Source: an uncultured Methanosarcinales archaeon
Lineage (GTDB): Archaea > Nanobdellota > Nanobdellia > Woesearchaeales > CAIVOO01
Assembly: GCA_964485195.1 (NCBI GenBank)
Contig: CAZAIK010000001.1
Location: 1-64,000, forward strand
Length of the DNA stretch: 64,000 nt
Direction: 5' to 3'
The notes beneath the pieces were generated by a model that was given only the letters and a program-made list of their open reading frames with translations, made no database searches and was not told the origin of the DNA. Positions 60,465-64,000 of this stretch are shown in pieces. The translations under genes and the position numbers were made by a program. Position 1 is the stretch's first letter. The number at the start of each line of letters is the position of its first letter.

Positions 60465-61022
60465 TTATTTAGCATTTTTATCAACAATTAGTTTAATTTT
60501 TAGCATTTTACTAACTAAATTTTCAAATGATAATTTTACTAAAGAATCCTCGCTTATTTCACCTATATTATGAGCATTACCAATAACAATTGGTGGGATT
60601 ACAATGCATCCCATAGATAATAAAAAATCCAATAGTGTATTTAATGTTTGGATTTTACCATTCCCACCAAATCTTCCTATACAAACAACACCAACAATTT
60701 TATCTTCAAAATTTTTATTATTAATTAATAAAGATGATGTTCTTTCAATAAAACTTTTTACTTTTGATGGAACATCTAACCTATAGACAGGAGTTGCTAT
60801 TATTACCTTATTGAAATTATTTATTTTTTCTATAAGCTCTTCAAATTGATCTTTTATTTTACATTTCCCAATCTTATTACACTCCCCACATCCTTCACAG
60901 GGTTGAATATCATAATCAGATAAATTTATGATCTCACAATTGTTTTTTGGGATAGTACTTAGCAGAATGTAACAATTTCCTTTTCTCGGACTGCAGTTTA
61001 TAGCTAGAATCTTATTTTCCAT
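60465..61022 (-). CDS. iron-sulfur flavoprotein / flavodoxin-like
   Basis: SPRKGN, CEGCGECNKIGKC, ATPVY. Confidence 0.9.
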   Translation of the reverse strand: MENKILAINCSPRKGNCYILLSTIPKNNCEIINLSDYDIQPCEGCGECNKIGKCKIKDQFEELIEKINNFNKVIIATPVYRLDVPSKVKSFIERTSSLLINNKNFEDKIVGVVCIGRFGGNGKIQTLNTLLDFLLSMGCIVIPPIVIGNAHNIGEISEDSLVKLSFENLVSKMLKIKLIVDKNAK

Positions 61023-62022
61023 TTTCAATCACCAAATTACAAAAATTATTCTTAAAAATGCCTCCATTACAAGTATTAAATGCTTTACAGCCTCCTCGAC
61101 AGAGTTTATTAAACTTACAGGTTTTGCATTTCCTTTTTAATAAACTGATATCAAAACATCGATTGTATGAAAAAGATTTTTTAGAATTCCATACTTTTAA
61201 TAAATCATGACATTTGATATTTCCTTCAACATACCTATCAGGCAAAGCTAAACAACCTTTGATATCCCCATTATAACTAATTGAAAAATGAGTTAAACCA
61301 GCTGTACAACCAAACCATTTGTTGAGTCTTGTATTTTTATCAGCTTTTGAGAAATAACCCATTGAATCTCCAACAGAAATAATAAATTTATTTTCATTTT
61401 TTTTAGATATCCATTTACATAAATTATATACTTCTTTGGGTAAAAGAAGAAATTCTTTTTTCATTCTTCCTTCAAAATATCCTATTTGAATTCTCCAAGA
61501 AAAAATGTTTCTAGAACGGAGAATATCATAAAGATCATCCAAAGATTGGAAAGAATAGTTTTGCTTTATTATTGTAGAGATTATGCTTACATTAAATCCT
61601 TCTTTTAAAAGCCAATCAATATTTTTAAGCACTATTTTGAATTTTGCTCCTTTTCTTACTTTATTATGGTATTCCTCATTACCATCTAAACTCACTGAAA
61701 TATTTAAAGGATCTATAACTTTTAATTTAGCTATTATGTCTTTATTAAGGATTGTACCATTAGTAATCAAAAATATTTCTATCCCCTTTTCTTTAATTTC
61801 CTTAAGAATTGTAAACCAATCTTCTCGCAAAAAAACTTCTCCACCTAAAATATTAACCACTTTTATTTCAAGTTTTGATAGTTTTTTGCTTAAATTTAAA
61901 GAACTATCTAAGTCTAACTCATCATTTAGTTTACTATCTGCATTTGAGCCACAATAAATACATTGACCATTACACTTCCGAGTTAATTCCCAAGCTACTG
62001 AAAACGGTTTACCGTTTATCAT
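61012..62022 (-). CDS. radical SAM protein with SPASM domain
   Basis: CNGQCIYC, GGE, TNG, SLDG, CTAG...GDIKGC, CKTC...CRGGC...C; ATG 62022 preferred over TTG 62106. Confidence 0.92.
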   Translation of the reverse strand: MINGKPFSVAWELTRKCNGQCIYCGSNADSKLNDELDLDSSLNLSKKLSKLEIKVVNILGGEVFLREDWFTILKEIKEKGIEIFLITNGTILNKDIIAKLKVIDPLNISVSLDGNEEYHNKVRKGAKFKIVLKNIDWLLKEGFNVSIISTIIKQNYSFQSLDDLYDILRSRNIFSWRIQIGYFEGRMKKEFLLLPKEVYNLCKWISKKNENKFIISVGDSMGYFSKADKNTRLNKWFGCTAGLTHFSISYNGDIKGCLALPDRYVEGNIKCHDLLKVWNSKKSFSYNRCFDISLLKRKCKTCKFNKLCRGGCKAFNTCNGGIFKNNFCNLVIENGK

Positions 62023-62026
62023 TAAA

Positions 62027-62173
62027 TTAAACAAATGGATTATTGTTTTGGGAATACTCTTTAAGCATAGCAAGTAGTTTCTTTGCTCTATTGTCTTGTG
62101 GCTCAAAGAGTTTTTCAGACTCTATACTTGCACAGTATACTAATCCAAATCCGTAAGTTATGGCTTTGTTCAT
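62027..62173 (-). CDS. 48-aa ORF, candidate substrate peptide (not in ORF track)
   Basis: MNKAITYGFGLVYCASIESEKLFEPQDNRAKKLLAMLKEYSQNNNPFV; AAGGT SD; stops 4 nt before the rSAM ATG. Confidence 0.5.
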   Translation of the reverse strand: MNKAITYGFGLVYCASIESEKLFEPQDNRAKKLLAMLKEYSQNNNPFV

Positions 62174-62267
62174 ATTACCTTTTTAGCCATTAGATTATTT
62201 AAAATTTATTATCAATATTTTTACAAAAGGGCAAAATTTATATACTATTTATGACATATTGTATAAT

Positions 62268-63233
62268 ATGGTTAAAATAGATAAATTGGACAGAAAAATC
62301 ATGGCTGAACTTGATATGAATGCAAGAATTCCAATTACTCAATTAGCCAAAGCTGTAAGATCATCAAGAGAAGTTGTAAACTATAGAATAAAAACACTAA
62401 TAAAAAGAGGAATAATATCTGGAACTCAAACTTTTTTTAATCCAGCTAAAGTTGGATACAGTATTTATCGAGTTTTAGTAAGATTAGATTCATTAGACGA
62501 AGGAATTATTAATAGGTTTCAAAATTTTTTTATTAAGCACGATTCTGTGATGTGGTTTGCAAAGCTTGGAGGGAAATGGGATTATGTAATTGAATTTTTT
62601 GCAAAAAGTGGTGATGAATTTAATACCCTTTTGAAGAATTCATTTGAACAATTTGGAAGTTTGATTAAATTATATGAGATTATGACTATCCTAGAAATCT
62701 ATTCACACAATAGAAAATACATTTATGATAATAAAAAACATAAAATTTTTAAAATTGGTGGAAGAATTGAAAATATCAAATTAGACGAAGTTGATAAAAA
62801 TATAATCAAACAATTGAAAGATAATGCTCGTTTAACAAATCTAGAAATTGGCGAAAAACTAAAATTAGCAAGAAATACAATTAAATACCATATTAAAAAA
62901 TTAGAAGAGAATAGAGTAATTCAAGGATACAAGTTATTCTATCACCCTCAAAGAATAGGTTATCAATCATATAAATTATTAATTTCTATGGATAATCTGA
63001 ATCAAATAATGGAGAAAAAATTTTTTATATTTGCTCAACAAAACAAAAATATTATTTTTGCACATAAAAACTTGGGAAAATGGAATTATGAATTTGAAAT
63101 TGAAATCGAAGACATGATAAAATTACAAGAGATTATTATAGAACTTAGAGTGATATTTAAAGAAAATGTAATTGATTATGAATTATTCCCAATTTTACAT
63201 GATTATAGAATTAATTTATTCCCCTACCTTTGA
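62268..63233 (+). CDS. tandem Lrp/AsnC transcriptional regulator
   Basis: Two HTH+RAM units (LD..D..I...L..NAR...; GKWDY / GKWNY). Confidence 0.92.
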   Translation: MVKIDKLDRKIMAELDMNARIPITQLAKAVRSSREVVNYRIKTLIKRGIISGTQTFFNPAKVGYSIYRVLVRLDSLDEGIINRFQNFFIKHDSVMWFAKLGGKWDYVIEFFAKSGDEFNTLLKNSFEQFGSLIKLYEIMTILEIYSHNRKYIYDNKKHKIFKIGGRIENIKLDEVDKNIIKQLKDNARLTNLEIGEKLKLARNTIKYHIKKLEENRVIQGYKLFYHPQRIGYQSYKLLISMDNLNQIMEKKFFIFAQQNKNIIFAHKNLGKWNYEFEIEIEDMIKLQEIIIELRVIFKENVIDYELFPILHDYRINLFPYL

Positions 63234-63343
63234 ATTTCTATGGATTTTCTTTACCACTCTATTTTGAGAAGAAACTAGCACCCGCTAAAGTAACAATGAA
63301 GCAGATACATAACTTTTATAAAGGCAAATCCTGGATAGATGAT

Positions 63344-63973
63344 ATGGTATTTAACAGTCCACAATGGTTCAATATAGTTTCAACATTTTATCATCTTATT
63401 TCTTTCCTGGTTGCTGGTGCAATAACCTTGCTTGGCTATAAAGCTTATAAACTGATGAAGTCAAAGAAATACCTTAATTTCGCGCTGGCCTTCTTTTTCA
63501 TCACTCTCTCATTCATAGTGCTTGCAATTACAAACATTCTTGTTTACTTCAACCTGGGAACCGAAATCTTCAGGATTTTTTCCATAATCAATATTGGGTT
63601 CATAATATACGCGCTGCTGACAATAGCAGGTTTTTTCCTGCTTGTGATGCTGACATTTAAGGTAAAGGATGTGAAGATAATAGCAATACTGGCTGTTGGA
63701 ATGATCGCTGCGCTGGCTTTACTCCCATTCATAAAGACATTTCATACAATCCTGCTAGCGCTGACTTTGCTGCTTTCATACTGCTTTTACGAAAACTGCA
63801 AAAGAAAAAAAACTGTGAACTCAAAACTTGTGTTTTCTGCGTTTATCCTGATGATGACATCTCACATTTTCAGCCTGGCAAGCGGAGCTAATGAGCTGAT
63901 ATTTATCATAGGGAACACTGTTCTTGTTATAGGCTACACCTTGCTGTTAATAACTATCCTGAGGTTTAAATGA
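63344..63973 (+). CDS. polytopic membrane protein (~7 TM)
   Basis: Repeated hydrophobic helices; TATA at ~63314 supports ATG 63344. Confidence 0.8.
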   Translation: MVFNSPQWFNIVSTFYHLISFLVAGAITLLGYKAYKLMKSKKYLNFALAFFFITLSFIVLAITNILVYFNLGTEIFRIFSIINIGFIIYALLTIAGFFLLVMLTFKVKDVKIIAILAVGMIAALALLPFIKTFHTILLALTLLLSYCFYENCKRKKTVNSKLVFSAFILMMTSHIFSLASGANELIFIIGNTVLVIGYTLLLITILRFK

Positions 63974-64000
63974 GTGAAAGGAGGAGCAAGCTTGAGATTG

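Overview
Chromosomal window from an archaeon. Evidence: uS15, Dph5, NreA, PINA, XPD, Hel308, Cdc6/Orc1, BRE/TATA promoters, and intron-containing tRNAs without encoded CCA. Gene style suggests DPANN, probably Woesearchaeota-like (inference). Most genes are housekeeping: lig, ftsZ, an hsp20-grpE-orf-dnaK-dnaJ operon, alaS, serS, smc, rnhB, hppA and a thyA-like gene. There are 7 tRNA genes; 6 carry introns and two of those have a second, non-canonical intron. Two LAGLIDADG inteins sit in Hel308 and DNA ligase. No CRISPR array, rRNA or transposase was seen. Most notable: (1) a full-length bacterial-type RelA/SpoT gene divergent from cdc6, with an HPF/RaiA-like gene nearby; (2) a protein made of two tandem ParB modules; (3) three hairpins with an invariant CGCCAA loop upstream of ftsZ; (4) a 149-bp structured element with terminal inverted repeats and 9-bp direct flanks; (5) a 111-nt structured D-loop intron in tRNA-Ser; (6) a Hel308 lacking its N-terminal ATPase domain; (7) an AT-rich island encoding a small peptide, a radical SAM/SPASM enzyme and a flavoprotein; (8) a dispersed TCTGGCA...TGCCA intergenic motif. 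All assignments come from motif recognition by eye; no searches were run.
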